This document shows positions 1 to 13,300 of a stretch of 64,000 bases of DNA, in pieces; position 1 is the stretch's first letter; the number at the start of each line of letters is the position of its first letter. Both the position numbers and the translations under genes were made by a program. The notes beneath the pieces are model-generated. The model was not told where the DNA came from. It worked only from the letters and a program-made list of their open reading frames with translations, and did no database searches. Source of the DNA: Rebecca billardiae RCC1528 (taxonomy: Eukaryota > Protista > Haptophyta); NCBI GenBank assembly GCA_965240325.2, contig OZ251246.1, forward strand, positions 806,001-870,000, in the 5' to 3' direction.

Positions 1-911
1 CGGCGTGCTCGCCGCACATCGCGGCGGCTTCTCAGCATCCCAAGTCCTCAGTGCACCCATCCTAGGCCTGCTGGTCGATGATTGGTACCAACCCCCACCA
101 AACACGCCCTCTCGGAAGTCGCCAATCGCTCACATGGCTCCCCGAGAGCCCGGGGCTGGCTGTCGTGCGTTCTCACGAGCAGCTTGCGCGCAGCCCAATT
201 GTCACCTTCACGGTGCGTTGAGCTGCTCAAGATGGCGGGAGCGTCAAGAGTATGCACATGCCTGATGGTGACCCATGCCTCCCGTCGCCTGACCCGCTTG
301 TAGCGAAAAGTGACCCTGCTCGAAGGCACGGGTCGAACACCTGCCGATCGATTCAAGTTGTCTGTACGCGTCTAGCCGGGCGAGAGTCAAACATGCCGGC
401 CCGTGCCAGGCGGGGGATATGTGACCACGGATCCCATCCGTGAGCACGCGCAAAGCGCTGGAGCGCGCGATAGGTGTTGGCAGTAGTCTACCCCGACACA
501 CGGCGGCTCGGTCGCGCTGGAGAGGCGCTCCGACATCGTCGGGAGCGTTCAGATCGGACCTCGGCCGGCGGCCCGGCGATTTTCCCGAGCCGCGCCCCGC
601 GCGAAAAGAAATCAGGCCAGAAAACCCGGTAAATGTTTAAAAGACCGCTGGAAAATCGCCAGGGACCCACCTATACATAGTCGTCATCGACATCATCGCG
701 CGTCCGACAACCGACCGGCGACCGACGACGGCAGGCCGCGCAGCAGTAGCCGCGCCATACTCGTAACGGCGTAACGCGGTCAGCCGGTCACACGCCCTAG
801 CCCTAGCAGCAGCTACTGCTAGCTCGTCACGGTCTCCGACGGTCAGCATCTCATATCAGGTCTGGCGGCGCGTGACGATCGACGCGACTGCGCAGTGATC
901 ACGCGACGACG

Positions 912-939
912 ATATATATATATATATCTATATATATAT

Positions 940-972
<33 letters not shown>

Positions 973-1034
973 TATATATATAGATATATATATAGATATA
1001 GATATATAGATATAGATATATAGATATAGATATA
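912..1034. repeat. (TA)n/(TAGATA)n microsatellite
   Basis: Simple repeat seen directly. Confidence 0.95.
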
Positions 1035-1278
1035 GTCATCACTGCTATGTTTATAGGCCCCCGGCCCCGGCCCCCGGCGGGGGCTGTGCCGGCGGCCCCC
1101 GGCCCCCGGGACGGGCCGGGACCCGCGGCCGGCACACCGCACAGCCGGCCGCTGGCGCTGCGGGCCGCCTGCGGCACTCGTCCGCCCTGGCGTGAGCCCT
1201 CTGCTGCGTCGCACGCCGACGAGTATCGTACGTAGATCTCGAGCAGCGTCGTAGGGGCAGCCTCATGCCTCATGGTGA

Positions 1279-4200
1279 TCACTTCTTGCCGGCCTTGTGC
1301 TTGGCGCGGCTCGCGGCCTTGCGCTGCTGGGCGCGCGCGGCCTGGCGCGCATCCTCCGCGCATCCGTGCGCAATCGGGTGTCCGTGGTCGAGGCAGAAGC
1401 GCAGCTTGCAGTGCACGCACGTGCTGCCGAGCAGCTCGGTGCGCGCCTTGCACCCGCGCGCGGCGCACTCGCCCGGCGTGAGCTGCATCTCAGCCAGGAG
1501 GGCATCCAGGTCCTCCTCCTCAGGCTCTCCCCGCGGCCCTCCGCCCGGCGGCCTGGGCTGCGCTGGACCGCCCAGCTGCCGCCCGCCGCCGCCGGCGTGC
1601 TGCCCGCTGCCACCGGCCGGCTTGGCGGCGGAGCCGCGCGGGCTTCCGGGGGCCGGGGCGCCGGGGCCGGCCGCCGCGCCGTCAGCCTGCCGAGCTGCGG
1701 CGGTGAGAGCGCCCGATGCGCCACCGAGCGCGCGGCCGCCGCCGCCGCCGCCGCCGCCGATGGCCCCGCCGCCCGGTCGGCCCCCGGCCGCGCCCGCGCT
1801 CGCGCCCGCGCCGCCGGGCGGCGTCGGCCGCGCGCGGCAGCGCAGCTCATGCACCTGCAAGTTGGCGAGCGGCACGCTGGCGCCGCACAGCGCGCACACG
1901 GACGGGCGCAGCGCTGCACCCGCGGGGACATCGCGGAGAACGAAGCCACCACCGCCGCTGCCGCCGCCGCCGCCTCGGCCCGAGGCCGCGCCGACTCCGG
2001 CCTGCGCCGCCTGCGTCGGCGGAAGCCACTCGGCGTCGACGCGCTCGGCCGCGCCCGCGCGCGCGGCGGCCGCCTCTGGCTGCTGCGCGTTGGCCTTCTG
2101 CGCACGCTTACGCTCGCGCTTGGCGGCGCGCTTGGCGGCCGCCGCGGCACTCGCCTCCGCCTCGCGCTCGCGAGCGTGCTGCGCGGCGCGCTCGGCACGC
2201 AGCCGCGTGAGCTGGTCGTCCGCTGGCTGCGCGCCGCCCGCCGCCGCCTCGCCGCGCCCGTCCGCGTCAGACCCCGCCGCCTCCTCCTCCGTCCCATCAG
2301 CACCCGAGTCCAAGCCTCCGCCACCGCCGTCGTCCTCCGCCGCCGCGGCCAGTGCCGCGAAGGCGTTGGGACGCGCCGCGCCCTGCCGTGCGCTCGACTT
2401 CTCCTCCGCGTCGGCGTGGGCAGGCTCGGCCGCGGCACGCGCAGCGTCAGCTTCGTCTGCACTCCGGGTGGCGGCAGGTGCAGTCCGCGCAGCGTCAGTG
2501 TCGTCTGCAGTCCGGGTGGCGGCGGGTGGAGTCCGGGTGGCGGCAGCGTCGTCTGTCGGTGCGTCGCCGAACGGCTGGAGCGCCGCGCGGGCAGCCGGGC
2601 CGGGAGTAGGGCCGGGCGCTGCGGGCGGCGGGTGCGGCGCGTCGGCGGCGGCGGCCGAGCCCGCCGCAGCCGGGGCCGGCGTCGCAGCTGCTGTAGCTTC
2701 GCCGTGGGCAGCAGCGGGGGCGGCGGCGGCGGCGACGGGAGCAGGCGGGGCAGCGCGGCTTGGGCACGCGCGTGAGTGAGCTGCTGCGGGCGCGGCGGCG
2801 GCCTCCGCCGCCGCGGCCGCACGCTCGGCCGCGGCCTTCTCCGCGGCGCGCCGCGCGTCGCGCGCACACGCCTCATCGCGCGCAACGGCCGCGCACCGCT
2901 CGGCGCCCTCGCCCGCTGACCAGTGCAGGAGGCCCAGCGCGTCGGCGAGCGCGTGGATCAGCTGCCGCTCAAAGGAATTGAGGGTGGGCGGGAAAAGCAC
3001 GAACCCAGGGCCGCGCGCCCCCGGGCCCGCGTCGTCGGCGTCCGACGCCGCGGCGGCGGACGCCTCCCCGCCCGCAGGCAGCAGCTTGGCCAGCTGCGCG
3101 CGCGCGCGCGCTTCGAAGAGAGCGTTGGCCGCGGCGCGCTCCGCCGCTTGTGCCTCGAGCTTGGCGGCGCGCGCGCGCGCGGCGGCGGCGCGCGCGCCCG
3201 CGCCGCCGCGCCGCGCGCCGCCGCCCACGGCGCCGCCGCCCTCGATCTCGAGCGCCGAGACCGCGTGCCCGTGCGCCTCGGCGTGCGCGAGCAGCCGCGC
3301 GAGGAACGGCTCCGAGCCCACCGTGGCGGAGTCGCAGATGATGGCGCAGTGGCGGCGCGCGCGCGTCACGGCGACGTTGAGGCGACGTGCGTCTCTCAGG
3401 AAGCCGACTCCGCCGCGCGCGTTGGAGCGCACGAGGCTGAGCACGATCGCCTCCTTCTCGCGCCCCTGGAACCCGTCCACCGTGCCCACCTCCAGGCCGG
3501 CAGTCCGGTGCTCCTCGAGCGCGGAGCGCAGGACTTCCACCTGCGCGCGGTACGGCGTGATCACGCCGACCGCCGCGGGCGGCAGCCGCAGCGGCGGGCC
3601 GAGGAGGCGATGGACGTGGGCGGCGACGATGGCCGCCTCGCCCTCGTTGTAGTACGAGCCGCCGCCGCCGGCGGCGGAGCCGCCCGCCGGAGCCGCGCCG
3701 CGCGCCGCGCCCTTGCCCGGGAGCACGCGCGCCGCAGCGTCGCCCGCGCCGCCGCCGCCGCCGCCGCCTGCGCCGTGCGCGCCGCCGCCGCCACTCCCGT
3801 CCTGCCGCACCTTCTCGTCGCAGCCGTCGCATCCATCCGTGTCGATCAGCAGCAGGGGCCCGGTGAGCAGCTGCAGCTGCTGCGCGGCCGAGCCGGCGTC
3901 GGCGTCGTCCTCCGCGCCGTCGGCGGCGGGCGCGGCCGCGGCGGCGGGCGCCGCGGCGGCGGCGGGCGCGGCCGCGGCCGCGCTCGCGCCGCGCGCCGCG
4001 CGCTTTGCGCCGCCGCCGCGCGTGTGGGCCTGCTTCGCGCCGCCGCCCGCCGTCCGCGGCGGCGGGTGCTGCTGCTCGGGCCGCGCCGCTTCCAGCGTGC
4101 GCAGCGTGTGCGCCGCGACCGAGTCGTGCGCCAGCAGCCTACCCCCATAGAACTCGCGAGAGGACCAGTCCATAATAGCGCAGTGCATCCGGTACTGGGT

Positions 4201-5973
4201 ATCTAGCATACGGGTAAGCTGGGTACCGAAGCGGCCGCGTGCGAGGCGGTCAAAGAGGGTGGTCGCGAGCCCGCCCGCCGCCGCCTCGGCGGACTTGACC
4301 GTCGGCGGCAGCTGCAGGTGGTCGCCCGCCAGCACCGCCCGCCGCCCCAGCTGCAGCGCCACCCAGCATGCCGGCTCGGTCGCCTGCGCCGCCTCGTCAA
4401 TCACAACGAGATCGAAGACGGCGCGCCGGCCGTCGTGGCCGCCGCCGACGGCGCCGACGCGCGCCGCCGCGGGCTGGCCCGACTCGACGGCCTTGCGCAG
4501 GTGCCCGAGCGACGCGCCGCCCGCGCCGGCGAGCGTGCACAGCACCACGTCCGCCGAGGCGAGCGCCTCGACCACCGCCTCCGCCTCCGCGCGCCGCAGA
4601 TCCTTCTGCAGCGCGCGCGCGTCCGCCTGCATCGAGCGGCGCTCCGGTCCACTCGGCGCGCCCGCCGCGCCGCGCGCGCGGCACAGCGTGCGCTGCAGCC
4701 GGTCCAGGTCCGCGCGCAGCCCGCCCGCCGGGCCCTGCGCGCGCGTGCGCGCCACGAGCCGGTCGAGCGTCAGCTCGGTCAGCGCTGGCAGAATCCGGGC
4801 GGGGTGGCCGACGCGCACGAGCCGCAGCGGCCGCCCGGACTTGTGGCCCCCGGACTTCTTCGACGCGCGGCGCGCGGCGGTTGCGGTGGCGGCGGCGCTG
4901 AGCCCGGCGGCCGCGCCCAGCCCGGCCCCGGCGGGCGGCGCCCTCACGCGCAGCAGCCGCTCCGCCAGCGTGTCGATGGCGATGTTGGAAGGCGCGCACG
5001 CGAGCACGCGCTCGCCGCGGCCCACCGCCTCTGCGATCAGCTGCACGACCGCCGTCGACTTGCCCGTGCCCGGCGGCCCGTGGATGAGCGCGAAGTCGAG
5101 CGCGCTCAGCGCGTGCGTGATCGCCTCCCGCTGCGAGCCGTTCATGGCGCTCCCCCACGCGGACGCGGGCGCGGCGCCCGCGCCGGTGGCGGGCCCACCG
5201 CGCGCGGCGCGCGCGCGCGCGGGGCCGCCTGAGGCTGCGGCGAGGTCTGCGGCGGCGGCGGCGGCGGCGGCGGGCGCGCCGCCGTCGCCGCCATCCGCCC
5301 CGCCGCCCTCCCCACGCGCTTCCGCCGCCTCCTCCGCCTCCTGTGCCGCCGCCGCCGCCTCATCCTCGGCGGCACGCCCGTCGCCGTCGCCCGGCCGCTC
5401 CGGTGGCGGCTCGTCCGGCGGCGCGCGCTGAGCAAAGCGAGGCTCGAGCTCGCCGCGCGCGACGCGCACGAGGCGCGCCCACGCCGCGTCGGCGGGCGGC
5501 TCGCGCAGCCGCCGCACCGCGTCGCGCTCGCGGCGGTACGTCGTGTCGTTCGCCGAGACGCAGAGCAGCGCCTGCGCGCCCACCTCCACATCCGCCTCCG
5601 GCACGGAGTCGGCCGCGACGGTGATCGCGCGCTCGGTGACGCGGTACACGGTGCCGTCGACGGACGAGGCGGCGGAGCCGCCGCCGCTCCCCAGCCGGAT
5701 GGCCACGACGCTCCCCGGCTGGAAGCCGTGCGCCGGCAGCGCGCCGCCATGCCCGGTCACCAGCTCGATGAGCGTCCGGCCATACAGACCCGAGCTGACG
5801 TCGTCGACACGCAGGCGCGGGAGGCCGAGGCCGCGGCGCTGCAGCTCGGCGTGCGAGAGGTCCACCTGCGCCGCCTCGATCTCCTCGAGCTCGGCGGCGC
5901 GCTCGAGCTGCAGCAGGCGCAGCAGGTCCTCCGCGCTCGTGCCGCCGCCGGCCTCGTCGGCGGGCGTCGCCAT
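1279..5973 (-). CDS. IGHMBP2: IGHMBP2/SMUBP-2-like Upf1-family SF1 helicase with R3H and AN1 zinc finger
   Basis: Motifs [67 protein letters not shown]3H-like [25 protein letters not shown]-terminal AN1 C..C..C..C.RFCLDH...H.C. Start taken at ATG 5973 (MATPAD). Confidence 0.9.
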   Translation of the reverse strand: MATPADEAGGGTSAEDLLRLLQLERAAELEEIEAAQVDLSHAELQRRGLGLPRLRVDDVSSGLYGRTLIELVTGHGGALPAHGFQPGSVVAIRLGSGGGSAASSVDGTVYRVTERAITVAADSVPEADVEVGAQALLCVSANDTTYRRERDAVRRLREPPADAAWARLVRVARGELEPRFAQRAPPDEPPPERPGDGDGRAAEDEAAAAAQEAEEAAEARGEGGGADGGDGGAPAAAAAAAADLAAASGGPARARAARGGPATGAGAAPASAWGSAMNGSQREAITHALSALDFALIHGPPGTGKSTAVVQLIAEAVGRGERVLACAPSNIAIDTLAERLLRVRAPPAGAGLGAAAGLSAAATATAARRASKKSGGHKSGRPLRLVRVGHPARILPALTELTLDRLVARTRAQGPAGGLRADLDRLQRTLCRARGAAGAPSGPERRSMQADARALQKDLRRAEAEAVVEALASADVVLCTLAGAGGASLGHLRKAVESGQPAAARVGAVGGGHDGRRAVFDLVVIDEAAQATEPACWVALQLGRRAVLAGDHLQLPPTVKSAEAAAGGLATTLFDRLARGRFGTQLTRMLDTQYRMHCAIMDWSSREFYGGRLLAHDSVAAHTLRTLEAARPEQQHPPPRTAGGGAKQAHTRGGGAKRAARGASAAAAAPAAAAAPAAAAAPAADGAEDDADAGSAAQQLQLLTGPLLLIDTDGCDGCDEKVRQDGSGGGGAHGAGGGGGGGAGDAAARVLPGKGAARGAAPAGGSAAGGGGSYYNEGEAAIVAAHVHRLLGPPLRLPPAAVGVITPYRAQVEVLRSALEEHRTAGLEVGTVDGFQGREKEAIVLSLVRSNARGGVGFLRDARRLNVAVTRARRHCAIICDSATVGSEPFLARLLAHAEAHGHAVSALEIEGGGAVGGGARRGGAGARAAAARARAAKLEAQAAERAAANALFEARARAQLAKLLPAGGEASAAAASDADDAGPGARGPGFVLFPPTLNSFERQLIHALADALGLLHWSAGEGAERCAAVARDEACARDARRAAEKAAAERAAAAAEAAAAPAAAHSRACPSRAAPPAPVAAAAAPAAAHGEATAAATPAPAAAGSAAAADAPHPPPAAPGPTPGPAARAALQPFGDAPTDDAAATRTPPAATRTADDTDAARTAPAATRSADEADAARAAAEPAHADAEEKSSARQGAARPNAFAALAAAAEDDGGGGGLDSGADGTEEEAAGSDADGRGEAAAGGAQPADDQLTRLRAERAAQHAREREAEASAAAAAKRAAKRERKRAQKANAQQPEAAAARAGAAERVDAEWLPPTQAAQAGVGAASGRGGGGGSGGGGFVLRDVPAGAALRPSVCALCGASVPLANLQVHELRCRARPTPPGGAGASAGAAGGRPGGGAIGGGGGGGGRALGGASGALTAAARQADGAAAGPGAPAPGSPRGSAAKPAGGSGQHAGGGGRQLGGPAQPRPPGGGPRGEPEEEDLDALLAEMQLTPGECAARGCKARTELLGSTCVHCKLRFCLDHGHPIAHGCAEDARQAARAQQRKAASRAKHKAGKK

Positions 5974-6177
5974 GATGATGTAAAGAGTGAGCACGCGTCC
6001 GCCCCGGCCGGCTCGCCCGTGCGGCGGCGGCCCACGCGTCGCCTTCCATTCGCCCTTTGCCCTTTTCTTTTTGCTGGAGCTGGAAAGTGCTGGAACGTTT
6101 TTTCCCCGGCCGGGCCGGGCGGACGTGTGCACCGGCACGGGCGTGGTCGCGTTCGAAGGCCTCTCACCAAAGCGAAA

Positions 6178-7311
6178 ATGGCCGCCTCAACGGTCGCGCT
6201 GCAGCGCGCGCACCGCGCGTACGCGCCGGCCGCGTCGCGCCGGCCGCGCGGCGCGGGCGCGCGTCCCCCTGCGCCGTGGCTCGGCGTGCGTGGCTCGTCT
6301 CCCCACGCCCTCGCCGACGCCGCCGACGCCGCCGACGAGTTCCGCGCGGACGAGGCGCCGACGCGCGCGCTCGTGCTCGCGTGGCGGCTGCTGCTCGAGC
6401 TGTACCACGACGGCTCGGCGGCGGAGCCCGCGCTGCGCCGCGTGCTCCGGGGGGCGTGCATGCTTCTCGGCGTGCCGCGCGCCGCGTGCTTCGCCGTCCT
6501 CGACGCCGAGCACGGCCACGCGATGCGCGTGCACGAGAGCGAGCCTGGCGCGCTCGGCCGCGACGAGCAGATGCTGACTGCGCTCGCGCGGCGCGTCGTC
6601 GAGAGCGGCGGCGTGGTCGTGGTGGACGCGACGCGGCCGAACGAGCTGCTCGAGCGCACGCTCCTCTGCGTCCCCGTGCTCGACCGCGGCGCGCGCGTCG
6701 GCGCGCTCATGGCCCTCGACCAGCCGCGCGCCGTGCACGCGCCGACTGACCCAGACACCCTCGCCCTACTGGCCGAGGTGGCGGGCTGCTGCGTGGCGCA
6801 CGCCGCGCCGCGGCAGCGCGTGGCCGGGCGGCCGGCGGCGGCGGCGGCGGTGGCACGCCCCGAGCACGACCCGGCGGACGCCGAGCGCCTCCGCCGCCGC
6901 CTCGAGGCCGCGGACCTCGCGCTGCTCGAGGCCCGCGGGGAGAACGAGGTCGTGGCCGCGCAGCGCGCGCACGCGGCCGTGCGCGCGCTGCATGCAGAGG
7001 AGCAGCTGCGCGAGGCGCGGGCGGAGGCCGGGCGCGCGGCGGCGGCGATGGGCGCGCTCGAGCGGCAGCTCGACCAGCGCAACGCCCTCGTCGCCGCTCT
7101 CGAGCGCGAGCTCGACGACATGCGAGCGGAGGTGAGACGGGAGCGAGCGCTGCGCGGCGCGCGCGCCTCGCGCCTCGCGCGCGCCGCCGCTGAGGCGGGC
7201 GCGGCCGGCGGCGGGGACGACGACGCCGATGAGGCGGGCGCGGGGCGCTCCGGACCGATGGCGAGCTCGCGAGCGGGGGAGCCCGCATATCGTGCGCGCC
7301 AGGCGAGCTGA
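6178..7311 (+). CDS. GAF-domain protein with C-terminal coiled coil
   Basis: ATG 6178 in AAAATGG context. GAF-like RTLLCVPVLDRGARVGALMALD...D..LLAEVA, then a heptad-rich E/R/L/A region. Divergent from the helicase (~200 bp). Confidence 0.6.
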   Translation: MAASTVALQRAHRAYAPAASRRPRGAGARPPAPWLGVRGSSPHALADAADAADEFRADEAPTRALVLAWRLLLELYHDGSAAEPALRRVLRGACMLLGVPRAACFAVLDAEHGHAMRVHESEPGALGRDEQMLTALARRVVESGGVVVVDATRPNELLERTLLCVPVLDRGARVGALMALDQPRAVHAPTDPDTLALLAEVAGCCVAHAAPRQRVAGRPAAAAAVARPEHDPADAERLRRRLEAADLALLEARGENEVVAAQRAHAAVRALHAEEQLREARAEAGRAAAAMGALERQLDQRNALVAALERELDDMRAEVRRERALRGARASRLARAAAEAGAAGGGDDDADEAGAGRSGPMASSRAGEPAYRARQAS

Positions 7312-7566
7312 GACTCCGGTGACCCGCTCTGACCGAGTGTCTCAGGAGCAGAATCTGATGACTGCAGTACTGCCGCCATCGTGTAGTACAGAGAACGCTG
7401 CGACCAGTACAACCGAAGTTATGGGGGTACGGTTTTTGACGTTACGCCATCTTGCACATCTGTTGGGGCCAGGCCGCCATCTTACGCCCTCGCGACAGGC
7501 GGGGCCGGGATGCCCGTCGACGACAAGACGCGCGACCAGTCATGGAAGGACTGGACGCGGCGTGAC

Positions 7567-8619
7567 ATGCAGCGCTCGCTCCATCCGCAGGGGCCGCCCA
7601 CGCACCTGAGCCAGGAGGAGCTCGCAAGGCCCGCGTGCGCGCACGCACGCACGCACGCATGCGCACGCGCGGTGGCCCTACTGTAAGTTGCGGCAGGCGC
7701 GCGCGCGCGCGTGAAGCGCTGATCACGCGCGCGCGGCCCCGCCTCGCCCGGCCCGGCTGGCGCACAGGTCGCTCAAGATCGCGCCCGAGCACCAGCGCCC
7801 GGTACCCACCTACGGCCCGCTCTGGCACCGCCAGGGCATGTACGACGCGTCCCGCTCGAGGCTGTCGCTTGAGAAGACGCAGCAGATCGACCACCGCATC
7901 GCGACGATCACCGCGACCGGGCCGCAGCTGCCGGGCGGCGCGGCGTACGTGAGCCAGACGGACAACGTGCGGCTGTACAGGCCACCGCCGGAGACCCCCG
8001 TCATGCCGCCCAAGAAGAAGATGGACGCTCTCGGCGAGTCGACAGGCTGGCAGGTGCGCGCGCGCGCGCGGGGCGCGTGCGCGCCACTCTCGGCGGCTCT
8101 CGCCGCGGCTCGCTGCGGCGGAAGCGCGTGCTCTTCTCCCCGGCGAGGGCGTTGCTGCGGGTCGCCGCTCCACCGCCCGCGGCTGGCGCGCGGCGCGCGA
8201 CGCTCAGCCGCGGGCGCGCCGCTCCGCCCCGCCGCGCGCGCGCGGCGCCGCAGTCGGCTGTGCCGCCAGTGGTGCCCACGGCGGTGTACAACCCGCTGAC
8301 GCACAACACGCACGTGGTCACGCGCGCGGACGAGGACGGCCGAGGCGCGTCGGTCGACGTGCACCGCGGCGTCGACGTGTACAGACAAATGAACCAGAAG
8401 GGCCTCTCGCGAGACTCGTGGCACGGGCGGCGCAAGGGCGTCGCCACGTGGGAGGACATGGTCCACCCGTTCGCTGTCAACCAGAACAAGGAGTACCGGC
8501 AGGGCTTCAAGCACGAGCCCAAGCCGTACCACCCGGTCACGGGCGAGATGAGCGCGTGGATGAACAACGCCTTCGAGTCCAAGATGAAGATCCCCTTCAC
8601 TGGCAAATACCCGCAGTAG
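7567..8619 (+). CDS. Spliced hypothetical protein (3 exons: ~7567-7634, ~7768-8053, 8254-8619)
   Basis: Coding-like codon usage. GT-AG intron 8054-8253 joins ..GWQ|SAVPP.. in frame. The first intron ends CACAG, in frame with the 7838 ORF; its donor is uncertain. Confidence 0.6.
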
Positions 8620-9058
8620 CCTCAGGCCGCGGCGCCGGCCTTAGAGTGAACGACGCAGCGGTGAAGACTTATACTGACGAAGCAGGCGATGCTTATTTAT
8701 TTGTAGCAGTGATGATGACGACGATGCATGTAGTGCACCTGCTTTTCAGTTTTTACTTGGCTGGCCCATATACCCCTCCGGAGGGCAAACTGTGATCCAG
8801 CCCGGCACTGAAATCGCCTCTGAGCTGATGACGCGATAAGACTAGGTCTAGTAGGCTCTCTCTCTCAGTCTCTCTCTCTCTCTCTCTCTATTTAAAACAA
8901 TATATATATATTAATAAACTATATGATACACTCGTCGTCGCCTATTCATAGCCGACCCGTGACGCTCGTGGTGGCGTCACAATGCTGATATTGCTCAGTC
9001 ACTGTCAGTCACGCCACACGTGACACGGGCCTCATGACTCATCACTCACGGTCACTCT

Positions 9059-9575
9059 GACTCATTCTATGATTTAACGACACAGGTAGGACGGCGCAGG
9101 TCTCCTGATTCGTCGTCGGCAGTGCCCGATCGTCGACACGAGGTCGGCGCTGGTGGCAGAGCATAGCCTGAACCGCGCGATCGAATGGCTTGAGCGCGGC
9201 CTTGAGCTGCTGGAGCGCGATATCCACCTGCGCTGCGCGGCTCCGCATGGACCTGCTGTGCGGTGTGCCCCGAGCGAGGGCGAGGGTGCAGGTCCGGATG
9301 TCAGACGGCCGTCTCAGCCGCTGGGCCCTGGCGGGTGATCCGGCGGTGATGTAGTCGTCCCCGTGTGCCCTGCGCGGCCGCGTGCGCGCTTGCCGCTCTG
9401 CTCAGCTGGCTTGCTGGCGGCGGCTGGCGCTGCTGCGGCGTGCAGGGTATGGCACGCTTCAGTGCCTCGCGCGGACTCGGGACTGCTGCGCATCCTCGTC
9501 GTCCGAGTCGTCGTCCATGGACGAGTCTCGGTCCGCGTGGGGGACTCAGCAGCTGGAGCAGGCGCAGGTGACTCA
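9059..9575 (-). repeat. Dispersed decayed repeat, family T (copies at ~15699, ~34889, ~52258)
   Basis: Shares ATTCTATGATTTAACGACACAGG...CTCCTGATTCGTC and several hundred bp with 52258-52700. Confidence 0.75.
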
Positions 9576-10301
9576 TATATACCGTAGTAGTACTAGCGTA
9601 GTATACTCGCACTGTCACGGTGACGTGCGCCACGACTTTATTGGCCGCCCCGCCCTATAGCACTAGTAATAGCAGCCGAGTTACCGTCGCTGCTGAGCCA
9701 GTGAGTTCAGCACGCGGTACAGGCTGACCGGGCACGGTTATCATTACGGACGACGGCTATATATATTGTTATATTATTATAATTTATATATATACATCAG
9801 TCGTCGCGTCGTCGTACTTACTATACTCAGCTAACAGCTTGCTCCGCGGCCGCGGGCGCCATCGCCCAGTGTCAGCACCGCCGGCTGCTGATTATATCGC
9901 AGCCTCGTACGCCGTGACCAGGTCCAGTGAGGACTTGGCACCCGCCGTGCACGACGAGCTGCGACGAGCCGGTGGACCCGATGGCCATGCCCGGCGGGCG
10001 TCGACCCGCGAGCGAGGCACACGCGGCCCGGGCGCGCCTGGCGAGTGGCTCAGAGGCCACACGGCCAGACGGCGACGACGGCTCTGCGGAGATGCGCGGT
10101 CTGTGCCGCGGCCAGCGAGAGACACGGCGCGCTGTCTGTGCCACGACGCTCGGATCGCGCGCATGCCGAGCCCGCGGCCGCGAGGCGGCGGGCGGCGGTG
10201 GCGCGCGCCGCGCCTGTCTCTGTGGTCTGTGGGGGCTGTACATCGCGCTCGCCGCGCGAAAGACCCTCCCTCGCGAGCGCGCGTGGCGCCGCTCCCTGCG
10301 C

Positions 10302-13300
10302 TCAACCCTCCGGGTGGCGGTGGTTGCCGCTCGCGAGGGTCTTTCGCGCGGAGAGAGCGATGTACAGGACCCACAGGCAGACGAAGAGCCCCGAGGTGAT
10401 CGCCTTCCACGGCTGCGGCCCGCCCAGCTCCGCCTTCCAGATCTTCCGCCGCACGACAATCATCAGCAGCGTGAAGACGGCGCACGACGAGAAGACGGTC
10501 ACCGAGTAGCCGAGGTCGCCCGCCGGGACGGCAAAGCCGCCGTGCGGGTAGAGATGGACGAGCTCGGGGTACGTGTGTCGCCACTCGTCCGTCACGCCGT
10601 TGAAGTGCCAGAAGAGCGCGCCGATTGTCCACGGCATCCCCAGCCCCAGGAAGACGTTGACGGAGTTGGAGCCGGTCACGTTGCCGATCGACGAGTCGGC
10701 GGTCGGCTCGCCCTTGGCGGAGGCCATCGAGGCGAAGGTGTCGGGCAGCGAGGTGCCGAGCGCAACAAGAGTGATCGCCGTGATCGCGTCTGCGCGCGCG
10801 CGCGCGGCGCGCGCGCGAGGCGGTCGGATTTGTGGGCGCACGCAGCCGCCGCCGCCGGGGGCGGGCGCGGCGCGGCGCGGGGCGGGGCCGGCGCATCGGC
10901 TGGCCGGCCGGGCGCCGCGCGCTGCCCCGCGCTGCGTGCACGCGGCGCGCGGCCGCACGCACCGGGCATGCCCATCGTGCAGCCAAGCAGCCCGGCGAGG
11001 TCGCCGATCACGCCGGTGATCACGCCGATGAGGCAGAGCGCGACGAAGAAGCACGCCACGCCGTCGAGCAGCATCGTGGGCGGGCAGATGGCGAAGAGCA
11101 GCTTCCACGGCATCGTCACGACGTGGCCGAGCCAGTCCGTGAGCTTGGGCGGCGAGTCGGGGTCGTCGCCGCGCACGCTGCGCGCGCACGTGCGGGGTGT
11201 GTGCGCGCCGGCCGAGGCCGAAGGGGGGGCGGCGGCGGCGCGGGCGCAGCCGAGCGCGGCGAGGCGCGCGCGCGCGCGTCAGCGGCGCTCGCCCAACCCG
11301 CCGCGGCGCCGCACGCGCGCGGTGCGTCGGGCCGCCGGGCGTGTGCGTGTGTGTGCGTGTGCGTGTGCGTGTGTGTGCGTGTGTGCGTGTGCGTGTGTGT
11401 GCGCGCGTGCGCGTGTGCGCGCGCTCACGTCACGGCCTCGACGAACTGCTCGCGCCACTGCGACGAGCCGAGCGCCAGCTTGTCCGTGTTGATCGCGGGC
11501 ATGATATGCCGGATCGTGTCCACCTCCTGCTTGAGCTCCGAGTCGTTCACGATGATGACGGTGGCCGTCACCTTGGCCTGCGGCTTGCCGCCCGCGCCGC
11601 GCTCGAGGAGTGTGCCCGCTGCGCGGGGGAAGGGGCGAGGCGGGGGCGCGGCGGGTGAGAGAGCGCGTGCGCGCACGCCGCGGCCGGCCGGCCTGCGCCC
11701 CGCCGCCCACCGGCCCCCCGCCCGCGCGCCAGGGGGAGAGAGCACGGTGCGAGCACGGCGCGCGCGGCCGCTCGGCGCGGCGGCGCGCCGCGCGGTGCCG
11801 CCGGCGGCCCTCGTCGCGCGCCGCGCGCATGGCGCACGGCGCGCACGCGACGGGTTGGTGAGATGCACGTAGAACTCCTCCTCGCGGTCATCGTACGACG
11901 ACGTCGGCATGATCGGGATCGTGATCTCCTTCACCAGCTCGCGGTCCTCGAAGTAGAGCCGATCTGAAACCGCTTCATAGTCGTACCCGTCGATGGCCTT
12001 GCCGTCCGACGTCGAGAAGTCGACCCACACACGGCCCTTGTTGCCCTCGCGGCGCAGCACGCGCACCACCACCTGCGGCCGAGATCGAGATCGAGATCGC
12101 GATCGAGATCGAGCCGAGATTGGGCGGCGCGGTCGGGCGGGCGCGCGGCGCGCTCAGCCGCCGAGCCGCGTGGGCGCGCGCGGCCAGCGCGCGCGCCCGC
12201 CGTGCGCGCCGCCCCGCATACTGCCGCCCCGCGCACAGCCTCGCGCGCTTGGCCCGCGCCCGCCCGCCCGCCCGCCCGCGCGCGCGCGCGCGCGCGCCGC
12301 ACACCTGGTGGTTGCTGTCCGTGGTGCGCGTCGTCTCCTGCTCGAACAGGAACACGCCGCCGATGTCGTTGTCGTACACCGTCACCTGCGCGGTGCTCAG
12401 CTGCACCACGACCGGGCTGCGGCCTGGGACGTGCACGTGACCCGGGACGTGCGCGGAGAGCAGCTTGACGAAGAAGTGCTCGTCTGGCTCCACCTCGTCG
12501 TCGTCCACGACCTTGATCTGCGGCACGCACACACACGCACACGCACACACACACGCACACACGCACACACACGACCACACGCACACACACACGCACACAC
12601 GCACACACACGACCACACGCACGCACACACGCACACACGCACACACACGACCACACGCACGCACACACACGCGCGCGGCCGGACCGGACGGTCGCAGCGG
12701 GACGGGACGAGCAGAGCCGGGCGGCCGAGCGCGCGCAGACGCGGAGGCGGGGCGCGCGCGGTTGAGGGCGCGCGCGCGCGAGGCATGCGTGCGCGAGCTG
12801 AGCGGCGCGCGCGCAGCTGGGCCGCCCGCGCCCAGCCCGCCCAGCGCCCACGCCTGCCGCGCCGCCCACCGCCCAGCGCGCAGCCGTGCACACGCGCGCG
12901 CGCGCTCGCGCGATCGAGGCGCGCGCATCGAGGCGCGTGCGTGCTCGCACGCGCCTGGATGGTCTTGTACCGCTCGCCCTTGTCAAACTTGAGCGTGCCC
13001 GAGACGGCGATGTAGTCCTCCTTCGCCTTGGCGGTGCCGTCCACCTGCGTGCCACGCGCGCGCGCGCAGCGCAGCGCAGCGCGCGCAGCAAGTGTCAGCG
13101 GGCGCGGGCGACGCCTGAGCGCGCGCGCGGAGCCGTGCCGGCTTGGGCCAACGGACGGGCGCGGCGCGCCCGAGCTCTGCACGGCCCTTGGGCGCGCGCG
13201 CGCACACGCGGGGCTCGAGACGCGCACGCGTGGGCCGCATGGCGCCCTCGCCGCGCCTCTGCTCCCCGCCGCGCGCACGCCGCGGCGCAACGCGGCCGCC

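Noticed and set aside
1-640. Short ORFs at the window start
   Set aside because: No homology cues or consistent coding bias.
1263-5983. Many long overlapping or antisense ORFs rich in R/A/P/G (also throughout the window)
   Set aside because: Expected by-product of extreme GC content opposite real genes; no motifs.
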